64,000 nucleotides of DNA, taken from Mycobacteriales bacterium (GTDB taxonomy: Bacteria; Actinomycetota; Actinomycetes; Mycobacteriales; Nakamurellaceae). Location: assembly GCA_038322925.1 (NCBI GenBank), contig JBBQGJ010000002.1:3544-67543 (forward strand), read 5' to 3'. The translations under genes were made by a program, and so were the position numbers. Under the pieces are notes generated by a model that was given only the letters and a program-made list of their open reading frames with translations, was not told the origin of the DNA and ran no database searches. This document shows positions 52,147 to 63,400 of this stretch, piece by piece; the stretch's first letter is position 1; each line of letters begins with the position of its first letter.

Positions 52147-53061
52147 ATGGAACTCAGGCAGCTGGAGTACCTCCTCGCGGTCGCCGAGGAAGCCAACTTC
52201 ACCCGCGCCGCGGAGCGGGTGCACATCAGCCAGTCCGGAGTCAGTGCGCAGATCCGACAACTGGAGCATGATCTCGGCGCGACGCTGATCGACCGGTCGG
52301 GGCGGGTGGCAACGCTCACCGCCGCCGGTACGGCGGCCCTCGAGCATGCTCACGCAGCTCTCGCGGCGGTGCAGGCGCTGCGCCATGCGGTCGACGAGGT
52401 GACCGGGGTGGTCCGCGGACGGCTGGCGGTCGGCATGGTGAGCGGCTGCACCATCCTGCCGCTGTTCGACGCGCTCGCCGCTTTTCACCGGGCTCATCCC
52501 GGCATCGAGATGACGCTGTACGAGGACAACTCCGATCGACTGATCGACGATATCCGTTCCGGAGCAACGGATATCGCCCTGATCGGGGCGGCGGGGGCTC
52601 CGCCGGCCGGCCTCGGCACGTTGTCGATCGTCAGCGAGGGGCTGGTCGCCGTCGTCCCGGTCGGGCACCCGTTGACCCACAGCGGGACGGTCGTCCTCGC
52701 CGACGTCGTGGGGTATCCGGTGGTGTGCATGCCCACCGGCACCGGCATCCGGACGGTCTTCGACAGGTCCTGCGCGGCCAAGGGTCTCACCCCGAACATC
52801 GCACTGCAGGCGACTGCGGGCGAGGCCGTCATCGACCTGGCCGTCCGGGGTCTTGGGGTCGGTGTGCTCAGTGCCTCCATGGTCGTCGCCGACGACCGTC
52901 GGACGGCTGTCGCCATTGCGGACGTTGACATTCCCGCGGTGCTGGCGCTGGTCTGGTCGCCGACGCTGAGCCCGGCCCTGGCGCAGCTGGTGCGGCACTG
53001 CCGCCGGGTGTTCGCGGCGCCGGAGCCACCGCGAGCGCTCGTGGGTCAGGCGGTCCGGTAA
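52147..53061 (+). CDS. LysR-family regulator
   Basis: MELRQLEY..NFTRAAERVHISQSGVSAQIRQLE. Confidence 0.93.
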   Translation: MELRQLEYLLAVAEEANFTRAAERVHISQSGVSAQIRQLEHDLGATLIDRSGRVATLTAAGTAALEHAHAALAAVQALRHAVDEVTGVVRGRLAVGMVSGCTILPLFDALAAFHRAHPGIEMTLYEDNSDRLIDDIRSGATDIALIGAAGAPPAGLGTLSIVSEGLVAVVPVGHPLTHSGTVVLADVVGYPVVCMPTGTGIRTVFDRSCAAKGLTPNIALQATAGEAVIDLAVRGLGVGVLSASMVVADDRRTAVAIADVDIPAVLALVWSPTLSPALAQLVRHCRRVFAAPEPPRALVGQAVR

Positions 53062-53210
53062 CGCAGCAAGGTCACTCCCGAGCGGGACTGGCGGTTTTCC
53101 ACCGGGTGCAGGGTGGTCAGGCTGGTGCCGTCCGGGAACAACCGCCGGCCGCGGCCGACGACGACCGGGTAGACGAACAACCGGAATTCGGTGATGATCA
53201 GATCTCTCAT
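53046..53210 (-). pseudogene. RibD-C/DHFR-family C-terminal remnant
   Basis: ITEFRLFVYPVVVGRGRRLFP..SGVTLLRY only. Confidence 0.65.
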
Positions 53211-53641
53211 GCACGCACGACCCTGCGGGTGGCCGACATTCGTCGGCCGGCCAGCAACTCCAGGTAATGCGGGTTGGTCATGATGCCCAGGATGTTCCCG
53301 AACGGATCGATCACCGATGCGGTGACGAACCCGTGTCCGCGGTCGGTCACCGGCTGGTGCTCGCGGGCGCCCATCGAGAGCAGCCGCACCAGGCCGTCCT
53401 CGACGTCGTCGACGTGCCAGAAGAGGATCTCGCCGGCCGGTGCGGGGTCGGTCGATGTGCCTGCGGGTGCGAAGTTGCTGTTGATCAGGCCGAGTTCGTG
53501 CTGGTGGTCGCCGACCCGGAATTCCAGGTAGGCGCCCGGGACCTCGAAGTACGGCTCGACGCCCAGCAGTTCGGTGTACCAACGCCCAGCGGCCGGCAGG
53601 TCGGCGGCGAAGTAGCTGACGGTGGCCATTCCTCGCAACAT
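53207..53641 (-). CDS. VOC/glyoxalase-family protein
   Basis: WYTELLG, FWHVDD, DPFGNILG. Confidence 0.88.
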   Translation of the reverse strand: MLRGMATVSYFAADLPAAGRWYTELLGVEPYFEVPGAYLEFRVGDHQHELGLINSNFAPAGTSTDPAPAGEILFWHVDDVEDGLVRLLSMGAREHQPVTDRGHGFVTASVIDPFGNILGIMTNPHYLELLAGRRMSATRRVVRA

Positions 53642-53944
53642 GGTTGTGTCCTTTCGTGGGGGGTTCGTGCTCGGTTCTTGGTCGGTCAGGTCCAGCATCC
53701 ACGGCAAAGTGCTCATCCTGTGCGCACTTTGCCGGACATCGATGCTCGGGCCGGCACGTCGAGGGTGATCACCGTTCGGGGACCGGAGCGGTGCTCCGCC
53801 GACCTGTCCCGGTCCCGACGTGATGATCGTCAAGTCCCGGGTGCTGTGCTCGGCTATTGCTGCCTGCCCGGTACTCCGGACCGGTGTCGGTGGGTCGGTC
53901 TACGTTGGCCCACAAACCACAGCTCAGCTGACCAAGGGGAGACC

Positions 53945-54505
53945 ATGACCACGCTGGAGAACCGCCCGAACACCGCGCTGCTGGTCATCGACGTGCAGAA
54001 CGGCAACCTCGAGGGAGCTCACGAGCGGGACGCGGTGGTCGCGAACATCAGCGACCTCGTCGAGAACGCACGGCGCGAGAGGGTTCCCGTCGTGTGGGTG
54101 CAGCATTCCGACGAGCAGTTGGAAAAGGGGAGCGCAGGCTGGCGGATCGTCCCCGAGCTGAAGCCGACCGACAAGGAGCCACTTGTCGAGAAGCACTACG
54201 CCGACTCGTTCGACGGCACCACCCTGGAGACCGTGCTCTCGGGCCTGGGCATCGGGCGGCTGGTCGTTGCCGGTGCCCAGACGGACGAGTGCATCCGCGC
54301 CACGCTGCACGGCGCGGTGGTCAGGGGTTACGACGCGACCCTGGTCAGCGACGCGCACACGACGGAGGACCACCAGGAATGGGGAGCGCCGCCGCCGGAC
54401 GCGGTCATCGCGCACACGAACCTGTACTGGACCTACCACCGGGCGCCGGGGCGGACGGCTGGAACAGTCAGCACCAAGGAGGTCTCCTTCGGGGACTCGT
54501 CCTGA
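53945..54505 (+). CDS. isochorismatase/cysteine hydrolase
   Basis: LLVIDVQ, EKHYADSF, GAQTDEC, SDAHTT. Confidence 0.9.
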   Translation: MTTLENRPNTALLVIDVQNGNLEGAHERDAVVANISDLVENARRERVPVVWVQHSDEQLEKGSAGWRIVPELKPTDKEPLVEKHYADSFDGTTLETVLSGLGIGRLVVAGAQTDECIRATLHGAVVRGYDATLVSDAHTTEDHQEWGAPPPDAVIAHTNLYWTYHRAPGRTAGTVSTKEVSFGDSS

Positions 54506-54642
54506 AACCTCGTCGTGGTGCGCGGGGATGCGGCCTCTCGCCCCGGGTGCGGGGCAGGAGGGACGACCGTGAAGAGGCTGTCGTGGCGAACGCCGTGGCC
54601 GCCACGCGATTGTGACCGGGGCTTCGCCTGGGCCGCCGTATC

Positions 54643-55391
54643 GTGGTCCGCGTGACAACGGTGTTGGTGGTGGAGGACGACCCGGCGATCTCCGGGCCGT
54701 TGTCCCGCGCGCTGCAGCGGGAGGGCTACGGCGTGCTGCCGGTCAGCACCGGCGCGGCGGCCGTCGCTCACTGCGTCGAACCGGGCGCCGAGGTCGCGCT
54801 GGTCATCCTGGATCTCGGCCTGCCGGACCTGGACGGACTGGAGGTCTGCCGGCGGATCAGGGCCTCGGGCCGGGAGATTCCGGTCCTGATGCTCACCGCC
54901 CGCACCGATGAGGCGGACTTCGTTGTCGGCCTGGACGCGGGTGCCGACGACTACGTGGCCAAGCCTTTCCGGATGGCCGAGTTGCTGGCAAGGGTGCGCG
55001 CGCTGCTCCGCCGCCGGGTGCCGGTCTTGATGGACATCGGTGGGGTGCGGGTGGATGCCGCCGCCCGTCGCGTCGAGGTCGACGGGGTCGAGGTCGCGCT
55101 GGCCAACAAGGAGTTCGAGCTGCTCCGGGTGATGATGAGCCGGGCCGGGCAGGTCGTCACCCGTGAGGAGATCCTCGCCGAGGTGTGGAACGACCCTCGA
55201 TGAAGACCTCGAAAACGCTGGACATGCACATGTCCTGGCTGCGCCGCAAGCTGGCCGGCGCCCGCCCGGCGGCGGCCGCCCGGACTTCGGAGGGCGGCTC
55301 GGTGGGGGCACCCGGACCGGGCACGTCCACCGGTGCAGACCAGCGCATCTCAACCGTCCGGGGCGTCGGCTTCCGCTTCGAAACGGACTGA
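54643..55391 (+). pseudogene. OmpR-family response regulator (DraR-like) split by a frameshift near 55195
   Basis: REC and wHTH read to WNDP; KTSKTLDMHMSWLRRK..TVRGVGFRFE continue in another frame; may be a sequencing error. Confidence 0.8.
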
Positions 55392-55397
55392 GCTTCC

Positions 55398-56798
55398 GTG
55401 CGACGGCGGGTCCTGTTGTCGATCCTGCTGGTGATCGCCGCCACGGTACTGACCCTGGGCGTGCCGTTGTCGATCATCTCGTGGCGGGTCGTGGACGACC
55501 TGATGCAACGTGACCTGGCGACCAGGCTGGAATCGGTCGCCGCCTCGATCGCCAACCAGGCCGCGTCGTCCGACATCGATCTCGGCCAGCTCGCCGCCGC
55601 GGTTCCGGCCGGCGGGAGGCTTGACATCAGGATGGCCGGCCGGATCGACCAGTCGATCGGGGCGCCGCCTGGCGAGCAGACCTATTCGGAGCAGCTGGTG
55701 ATGGCCGGCGGCGGCCTGCTGCGGCTGTCCGTGCCGCAGGAGTACCTGCGCAACGAGCAGTGGACGGCATTGGCGCTCGTGGCCGCGGCGATCGGCCTGT
55801 CCGTCGTGGTCGGCACCGGGGTCGCGCTGCTGACGGCGCGCCGGCTGGTGACCCCGTTGACCGACGTCGCCCGGCGCGCCGCCCGGCTCGGCTCCGGCGA
55901 CTTCCGCACCTTCCAGCGCCGTTACGGGGTCGCCGAGCTGGACCGGGTGGCGGACGTGCTGGATTCCTCCGCGCAGGACATCGCGGCGTTGATCGGCCGC
56001 GAGCGGGACCTCGCCGGTGACATCTCCCATCAGCTGCGGACCAGACTGACCGGGCTCCGGTTGCGGCTGGAGGAATTGGCCGACCACCCGGACCCACAGG
56101 TCGCGGAGGAGGTGCGCGAGGCGCTGGACCAGACCGATCGGCTGGTCACCGTCGTCGACGATCTGCTGGCCAACGCCCGGTCCGAGCGCGCGTCCGGTGC
56201 CAGCGAGATCACCCTGGTCGACGAGCTGGCCGAGATAGAGGCCGAGTGGGGCCCTGCGCTGCGAGAGCAGGGCCGCACCCTGTCGGTGCGCTGCCCACGC
56301 GACATCCAGGTCAGGGCCACGCCCGGGCGGCTGCGGGAGGCCATCGCGGTGCTGGTGGACAACTCGCTACGGCACGGCGCAGGGGCGGTGGGGATCACCG
56401 TGCGCACGCCGACCCGCGGGCCTGGTTCGATGGTGGTGCTGGAGGTCGCCGACGAGGGCAAGGGAATACCGGATGCCCTTGTCGCGCACGTGTTCGACCG
56501 GGGCATTTCCACGGCGTCGTCCACAGGCATCGGGCTGGGGCTGGCCCGGGCGTTCGTCGAGGCAGATGGCGGCCGGTTGGAGCTGCGTCGAGCGGCGCCA
56601 CCGGTCTTCGCGATCTTCCTGGCAATCGGCCGGGACGCTCAGGCTCCGGACATTGTCGCTGGGCGGGTGGAAGGCGACGCGGGACAGAGCACGGTTCCCT
56701 CGGCGGAATCTGCGGTGGGATCCGGGTCCGGGTCAGCCGAGTCCGCGACCCAAGCACCGGTCGACGTGCCGGTGAGCCCGTCAGCGGGCAAACGGTAA
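55398..56798 (+). CDS. HAMP sensor histidine kinase (DraK-like)
   Basis: 2 TMs, HAMP, ISHQLRTRL, VDNSLRHG, DEGKG, GIGLGLAR. Confidence 0.88.
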   Translation: MRRRVLLSILLVIAATVLTLGVPLSIISWRVVDDLMQRDLATRLESVAASIANQAASSDIDLGQLAAAVPAGGRLDIRMAGRIDQSIGAPPGEQTYSEQLVMAGGGLLRLSVPQEYLRNEQWTALALVAAAIGLSVVVGTGVALLTARRLVTPLTDVARRAARLGSGDFRTFQRRYGVAELDRVADVLDSSAQDIAALIGRERDLAGDISHQLRTRLTGLRLRLEELADHPDPQVAEEVREALDQTDRLVTVVDDLLANARSERASGASEITLVDELAEIEAEWGPALREQGRTLSVRCPRDIQVRATPGRLREAIAVLVDNSLRHGAGAVGITVRTPTRGPGSMVVLEVADEGKGIPDALVAHVFDRGISTASSTGIGLGLARAFVEADGGRLELRRAAPPVFAIFLAIGRDAQAPDIVAGRVEGDAGQSTVPSAESAVGSGSGSAESATQAPVDVPVSPSAGKR

Positions 56799-57329
56799 CT
56801 CAGCGTCGTCGCCGGGACTGTCCGTGACCTTCCGTTCGGCGCGGGCGACGTCCATCGGGTGCGGCTCGAGTTCCTCCGGAAAAACGAAACGCCGGTACGC
56901 CCAGAAGCGGAAGGCCATACCGAGAATGGTGCCGATCACGTTCGCCGAGATGAAGTCGGCAATCGTCACGGTCAGTCGTGGGTAATTCGAGGCGTTGAAT
57001 CCGAATACGTATTGCGACATTGCCAGCGGGATCAGATTGATGAGCAACGCCAGGCCGTTGACCAGGAAGAACAGCATCGCCTCGTGGCGTGGTTCGCGTC
57101 CGCCCCGGCGCGAGAACGACCATTCCCGGTTGAGCACGTAGCTGACGATGGTCGCCAACAGAATGCTGATGGCCTTCGCGGTGACGACCTTGTTTTCCAG
57201 CACCGTGTGGGACATAAGGCTGAACAGCCCGACATCCACCACATAGGAGATGCCGCCGACGACCAGGAACTTCGCCATTTCCCGGTATTTGACGGGCAGG
57301 CGCTCACGCACCGCTTCTATCAGGGACAC
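56781..57329 (-). CDS. GtrA-family membrane protein
   Basis: KFLVVG, SYVLNREWSF, FRFWAYRRFVF. Confidence 0.88.
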   Translation of the reverse strand: MSLIEAVRERLPVKYREMAKFLVVGGISYVVDVGLFSLMSHTVLENKVVTAKAISILLATIVSYVLNREWSFSRRGGREPRHEAMLFFLVNGLALLINLIPLAMSQYVFGFNASNYPRLTVTIADFISANVIGTILGMAFRFWAYRRFVFPEELEPHPMDVARAERKVTDSPGDDAELPFAR

Positions 57330-57468
57330 TTAGCGAGTCTACGGGTAATCCGCCCGTGATCAGCGGGTTACACGCCCCTCATCGCCGCCCTGTGGGGATC
57401 GTCTCGACGCCGCAACCTGCGGCCCGCCCAGACGTCGGCGCGGTGTCGGTGCAGGTCAGGGCACCGAG

Positions 57469-60400
57469 CTAGCGTATCCCCCTGGTCGCCCTGGTTCGCG
57501 CCGTGGCCGCGGAGGTGGCGGCCGCGGATCTGGCGGGTGATGAGGGCCCGGCGGCCGGTGTCGATGTGGTGCCGGGCGTGTTCCCGGCCGTCGGCGCGGT
57601 GCTCGGCTCGGCCCCGGACAGCGGCGCTACCGAGGCCAACTCGGGGGGAGTCGCTGCGATCGCCGCTGCCGGCCGGCTGGTGCTCGGCGGGCTGGCAGGT
57701 GGCGGCGTGGTGACCGGACCGTGGGTCTGGGTCTGGGTCTGGGCCGTCGCCGGTGACGGTTCGACGACCATCAGCGGTGCCCCGCTCGCGTCGGTCACCG
57801 GCAAGGACCGGCCGCCGGCGTCGACGACGACGAGTGGCAACGACCCGCTGGGCTGGTCGCCGGCGAGAGTCAGCTGCAGGCCGTCCACCGTGACCCCGGT
57901 GCAGGTGAGACCGGTGGGATGGGCGGCCTGGCCGGTCGGCAGTTGGCAGCTGGCGGGATAGCCGGAGAACCAGGCCTGGTCGGTGCGCAGCTCCAGCAGG
58001 TACCGGCCGAGGTCGGTGACCCCCTGGTACGCGGCCACGGCGACCTGCAGTCGGGCGACGGAGCCACTGACCAGCGAGTCCAGCGGATCCTGGCTCTCCG
58101 CGGTGACGGCCTGCACTCCGCCTTCCACGATCAACGGCACGTCCAGTCGCTGATCGCCGCTGGTGAGCTCGAGGCTGCCGTCGTGCGCATCGGGCGCGGC
58201 CGTGACCGCCGCCGTCACCGTGGTGGTCGCTCCTGGGGCGATCGGCGGCAGGGTGCAGGTCTGCCCGGGAGTGAAGCACAGCCCGCCGTCGCCGGCGGTG
58301 ATCGCGCTGATCCCCATCCCCGCGGGCGGGGTCACCAGCACCGTCCGCGGCGGCGCCGGTTGGCCGCCGGTGTTGGTGACCGCCACCGTCGCCGACGCGG
58401 AGCCGCCTGCCCGCAGCGGTGCACTGACGTCGGTGACCTGCCAGCCGAGAGCGGCCGGCGGGTCGCCGGCGTTGTGCACGGTCTTCGTCACGTCGCCCGG
58501 CCCGCCGATGAACAGCGGGTCAGTCACCTGGGTGATGCCCGGCTCGAGCCGGGCAGGAGTGTGGGCGGCGATTGTCAGTCGCTGTCCCTCCTGATCGGTC
58601 AGCGGTACGTCCCGGTGACCGGCATCGGTGGCGGTCAGTGGCAGTGGTCCGGCGGGCTGGTGCTCGCCGACGATCAGCGGCAGCCCCGCGATCACCGGTC
58701 CGGCGCAGGTGATCTGGCGGGTCGCATGGTCGTCCCCCGAGCGATTCCCGACCGCTTGAGCCGCGCCCGACTGACCGACTTGATCGGTGTTCCCGGCGCA
58801 GCCTTCGGGCACGTTGCCGAAGGAGACGTCACCCCTACCCAGGGTCAGTGTGATCGCTCCTGGCGTTGCCACCGCTGGCTGTGTGGTGAGGGTGAGTGCG
58901 GTCGTCGAGTCCTGGGTGAACGGACCGCCGGGCGTGCCGACGATCGAGCTCATGCCGGAGTGCACGACCAGGGGTTTGAGGGACGCCGTGGCCCCGCCGG
59001 CGGCCACCGTCAGCGGACCGTCCTCGGCCTGCGTCTTCGCGGTCAGCGCGACCGTGAGCTGCACACTCTGACCTGCGGTGATCGCGGGCAGCCGGCACTG
59101 GATGCGATCGGACGGGGCGCACGACGCGGCGGCCGGGTCGATCGCCGGGTCGATCCCCGCCAGGTCGATCCGCGCCACCGCGACCCCCGGCGGGGTGGTC
59201 ACGGTGATCGGTGTCGGCTGGGACGTCTCGCCCCCGTCGTTGGTCGCGGTGAATGCCACGGTGCCGGCGCCGCCGGCGATCGTCGGCTCGCCGGGCTGCA
59301 GCCCGGACAGCGCCAGATGGGCCGGCGGCACTGGCGCGCCCACCTGCACGAGGCGTCCTTCGCTGTCGGCAATGGCCAAGGTCTGGCCGCCGGCGAACCG
59401 CGCCTGCAGCGGCAGAGCACCGAGCTGGTGGTCGCGGGACACGAACAGCGCCAAGCCATCGATGTGCGGACCAGAACACTCGATGGCCGCCCCGGTGGAC
59501 CGGCAGTTGGGCGGGTAGCCGTTCACGTAGACGCCGTCGTCCTGCAGCGGGAAGGTGATCGGGCCGGGATCGGTCACTCCGGGCCGCAGGCTCGCCTCCA
59601 TTCTCAATGTGCTGGTGGCGCCGGCCGGCAGCACCGTGGCCGGGGTCGCGACCAGCAACGACACCCCCGGCCCGATGGCCAGGTCGGTGGACACCGATCC
59701 GTCATGGGTGTCCTCGACGGACAGGGTGAGCGGGCCGTTCTGCGCGGTGGGCAGAACGGCCAGGGTCACGGTGATGTCCGCGCTGCGCGTCGGGTCGATC
59801 GGCGGCAATACACACTGTTGTTGGGCCGTGGGAGTGCAGGACGGCTGGCCGGCGACCTGGATCGAGCTGACGGTCACTCCGGCCGGGGTGGTGACGGTGA
59901 ACGGCAACGGCGTTGACGGCTGTCCGCCGCTGTTCGTGGCGGTCAGCGTGAGGGTGCCGGTGCCTCCCGCGGTCGGCTGCCCGGTGACCTGCGGAGCAGA
60001 CAGGGTCAGGTGGCCGGGCGGTAGCGGCGGCCCGACCCGCAGCGGAACGCCGTTGCTGTCGGTGATCGCCATTGTGCGGTTGCCGGCGAGGTCCGAGGCC
60101 AGCGGCAGCGGGCCCACCGGGACCTTCGGACCGACATACACGCCGAGGCCGGTGATCACCGGCCCGGCGCAGTCGATGACGGTGCCTTGATCGGTTGTCC
60201 TGGGGAGGCAGTTGGTCGGGTAGCCGACGATGGACACGCCGCCGGACACCAGCGGGAAGGTGATCGGCCCTGGATCGGCGACGCCCTCCTGGGTATTCGC
60301 GCTAACCTGCAGCACCGAGGTGGCGCCGGTCGGCAGGGGATCGTCAGGCGCACCTCGCAGCGCTGAGACACCCGGCAGCACAACGAGTTGCACCACTTGT

Positions 60401-63400
60401 GCGGCACGGCCCGTGGTGACCTGCAGCGATCCGTCCTGCGCGTCCGGATCCAGGGACAGGTCCACCGTCACGTCGACCGAATGACCGGCGAGGATGACGG
60501 GCAGCATGCACGGACTCGTCGCTGACGGCTCGCACGGGTCGGCCCCGCGAACGGCAACCGTGCTGACGCTGACGCCGTGCGGGGTGTCGACGACGATGGG
60601 GGACGGCTCGGAAGCCCGCTGCCCGCCGTTCGCCACCTGCAGCGTCATCACCGAGGTCCCGCCGGCGTAGGCCGGATCGGTCAGCGCCGGCGCGGTGACC
60701 TCAAGCACCGCGGGACCCGGCTGCACGATCGCCAGATCACGGCCTTGGTCATCGGTCATCTCCAGTGGGCGCCCGCCGGCATCGGTCGCCAGGAGTGGTA
60801 GCGGGCCGGACTGCGCTGTCGCCGAGACGTCCAACGGCAGGTCGGTGATCACCGGGCCGGCGCAGCGCAGTCCGCCCGGGCCCTCCGGCTGACAGCCGGC
60901 AGGGGCCGGACCGAGCCGCAGACCGGGGTCGGTGGGCTGCAGGGTGAAGGCGCCGAGGGTGCCCACGCCGCTCGCCGGAGTCGCCTTGATCGTGACCACG
61001 GACGCCTGTCCGATCACGTATGGGCCGTCGGGGCCGGCCTGGAGTGCGGCGACGCCGGATTTCACCTTCACCGAAGCGGTGGTCGGCTCGCCGCCGGCGC
61101 TGACGGTGAAGTCACCGTCGTGCGCGGTGGGCGGCACATCCACGGCGACGAGCACGGTGGTGTGTTGGCCGGCGGCCAGCGATGGGAGTGAGCAATCGCC
61201 GAGCGCGCACGGGGCGCCGCCGACCGTGATCGAGGTAATGGTGATCCCGGTGGTGGTCGACCAGGTGATCGGCGTCGGGTCGGACGGCCGGCCGCCGTCA
61301 TTCGTCACGATCGCGGTGACCGTCCTGGTGGTGCCTGCGGTGAAGGTCAGCGGGGGGATGGGCGACAGCGCGAGGTGGGCGGGTGCCGCCGGGACAACCT
61401 CGAGGGGCTGGCCGTCGCCGTCCCTGACGTCGTCTATCTGGTTGCCGGCGGCATCGGTCACGACCAGCGGCAGCGGGCCGCCGGGCTGGTTCTCGTCGAT
61501 GGACATCTCTAGGCCGTCGACGGAGTCGCCGTCGCACCTGACCTGCTGGGTCGGTGGCACGATCTGATTGCCGACCGCGTCCAGCGAGCACGCGCCGGGC
61601 AACGCGGTGAACCTCACTCCGCCGGTCAGTGTCAGGGTCAGCGGGCCGGGGTCGGTCACACCGTGGTGGCCGACCTGCAGGGCCAGTGCAACGGTGGACG
61701 GCGCCAGGTATGGGCCGTTCGGGGAGACAGCCACACCCGTCACCCCGCTCGTCACCACCAGGTCGGCACTTGCGGACGCCTCGCCGATCCTGACGACCAG
61801 TTGGCCACCCCTGGACGAGGGCAAGGCAGTCAGATTGACCGTGACGGTGGCTTTGGATTCGGGGTCGACTGGCGGAAGCTGGCAGGGGCTCCCCGGAGCC
61901 GGTAGGCACGACGTACCCGCGGTCAGGACGCTGGTGATCTCGACGCCGGTTGGCGTGGTGATGTCGATGTCGGTCGGCGGTGAACTCAGGCCGCCGTCAT
62001 TGCTCACGATGAACGACGCCGACCCGGTACCGCCGGTACGGAGCGACTCGGCCTGCAGCGCCGTGATGGCCAGCTTCGGTGGCCCGGCTTCCACCTTCAG
62101 CTCGCTGTCGGCGGAATCCCTGAGGAGGTCGGTGATATTCCGTCCGCCGGCGTCGGTGACGCGCAGTGGCAGTGGGCCGGCCTCCTGCACCCGCGGGATC
62201 TTCACCGTCAGGCCCGTGATCGAGCTGCCCGGGCAGGTGATCTCGTGAGTGGCATCGGTGGCGGACGCCGTGCACCCGGCCGGCGAACCTTCGAACGTGA
62301 ACTGGTCAGCGGTCAGCGTGAAGGTGAGCTCACCTGGGTCCGGAACGCCCGGCGCGGTGGTCACCGCGATGTCCATGGCCGTCGTCGACGGCGCGAAGTA
62401 CGGGCTGTCCGGCGATGCCGCGAGACCGGCGATGCCGGTGGCTACCGAGAGCGTGAAGGGGGCGTGCTGCCCAGCGATCGTGAACGCCCCTTGCCTGTCG
62501 GATTGCGCCGTGGGAAGCGCCGCGAGCTGGAAGGTGACGGTGCGCGACTGGAGCGGGCCGACCGGCGGGAGAACACAGGCGTCCTGCTCCAAGGTGGCAC
62601 AGGCGCCACCGTCGACGTCGATGCGGGTCACCGTCACGCCGGCCGGGAACGAGTAGTGGATCGGCCCCTCGCCCGTCGGCCGACCGCCGCGGTTCTCAGC
62701 CGTGACGGAGATAGGGCCGGTGCCCCCGGCCGGGAGGGCGGTGCTCTGCTGGATCGCCAGGCTGACGTCGGCCGGTCCGGGGACGACCTGTATCGGCAAG
62801 CCCGGGCTGTCGTCCAGGCTGACAGTGCGGTTCCCGGCATCGGTGACGGTCAACGGCAGCGGGCCCTCGGGTTGCACAGCGGTGATGCTCAGGCCGAGCC
62901 CGGCGATGGTCCTGTCCTCGACGGAGATGCGGCAGGTGACCTGGGCCGATCCGTTGTCGTCGACCGGGTCGCAGTTGGGTGGGGCCGCGATGAAGCTGCT
63001 GCGGGAGTCGGGCAACGTCAGCGTGACCGGACCGGGGTGGGTGACGTCCGGTTTGAGCATCAGGGTGATCGTCATGGACGTCTTGGACGGGGCGTTGTAC
63101 GGGCCGGGCGGGGAAACCGCCAGCCCCGCGATCCCGGACGCGATCGGGATGGTGGCGCTGCCCGTGGTCCCGCCGATGTCCCCGCCGATGTCGACCGTGA
63201 ACGTCACCGCCGCCGGCGCGGATGACTGCGCGCTCAGCTCGAAGGTGATGGTTCGGCTCGCATCCGGGTCGAGCGGCGGGAGCTCGCAGGTCTTCTCGGC
63301 CGGATTGCAGTCGGCACCGTCGATCTGAATCCCGGTGACCGCGACGGTGTCGGTGGGGTCGCTGCCGACGGTGAACCTCGTGCGTATCGCGGTCGGTGTG

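Noticed and set aside
53775-53818. Imperfect hairpin between the VOC and isochorismatase genes
   Set aside because: Single GC-rich imperfect stem, no U-tract and no second copy seen
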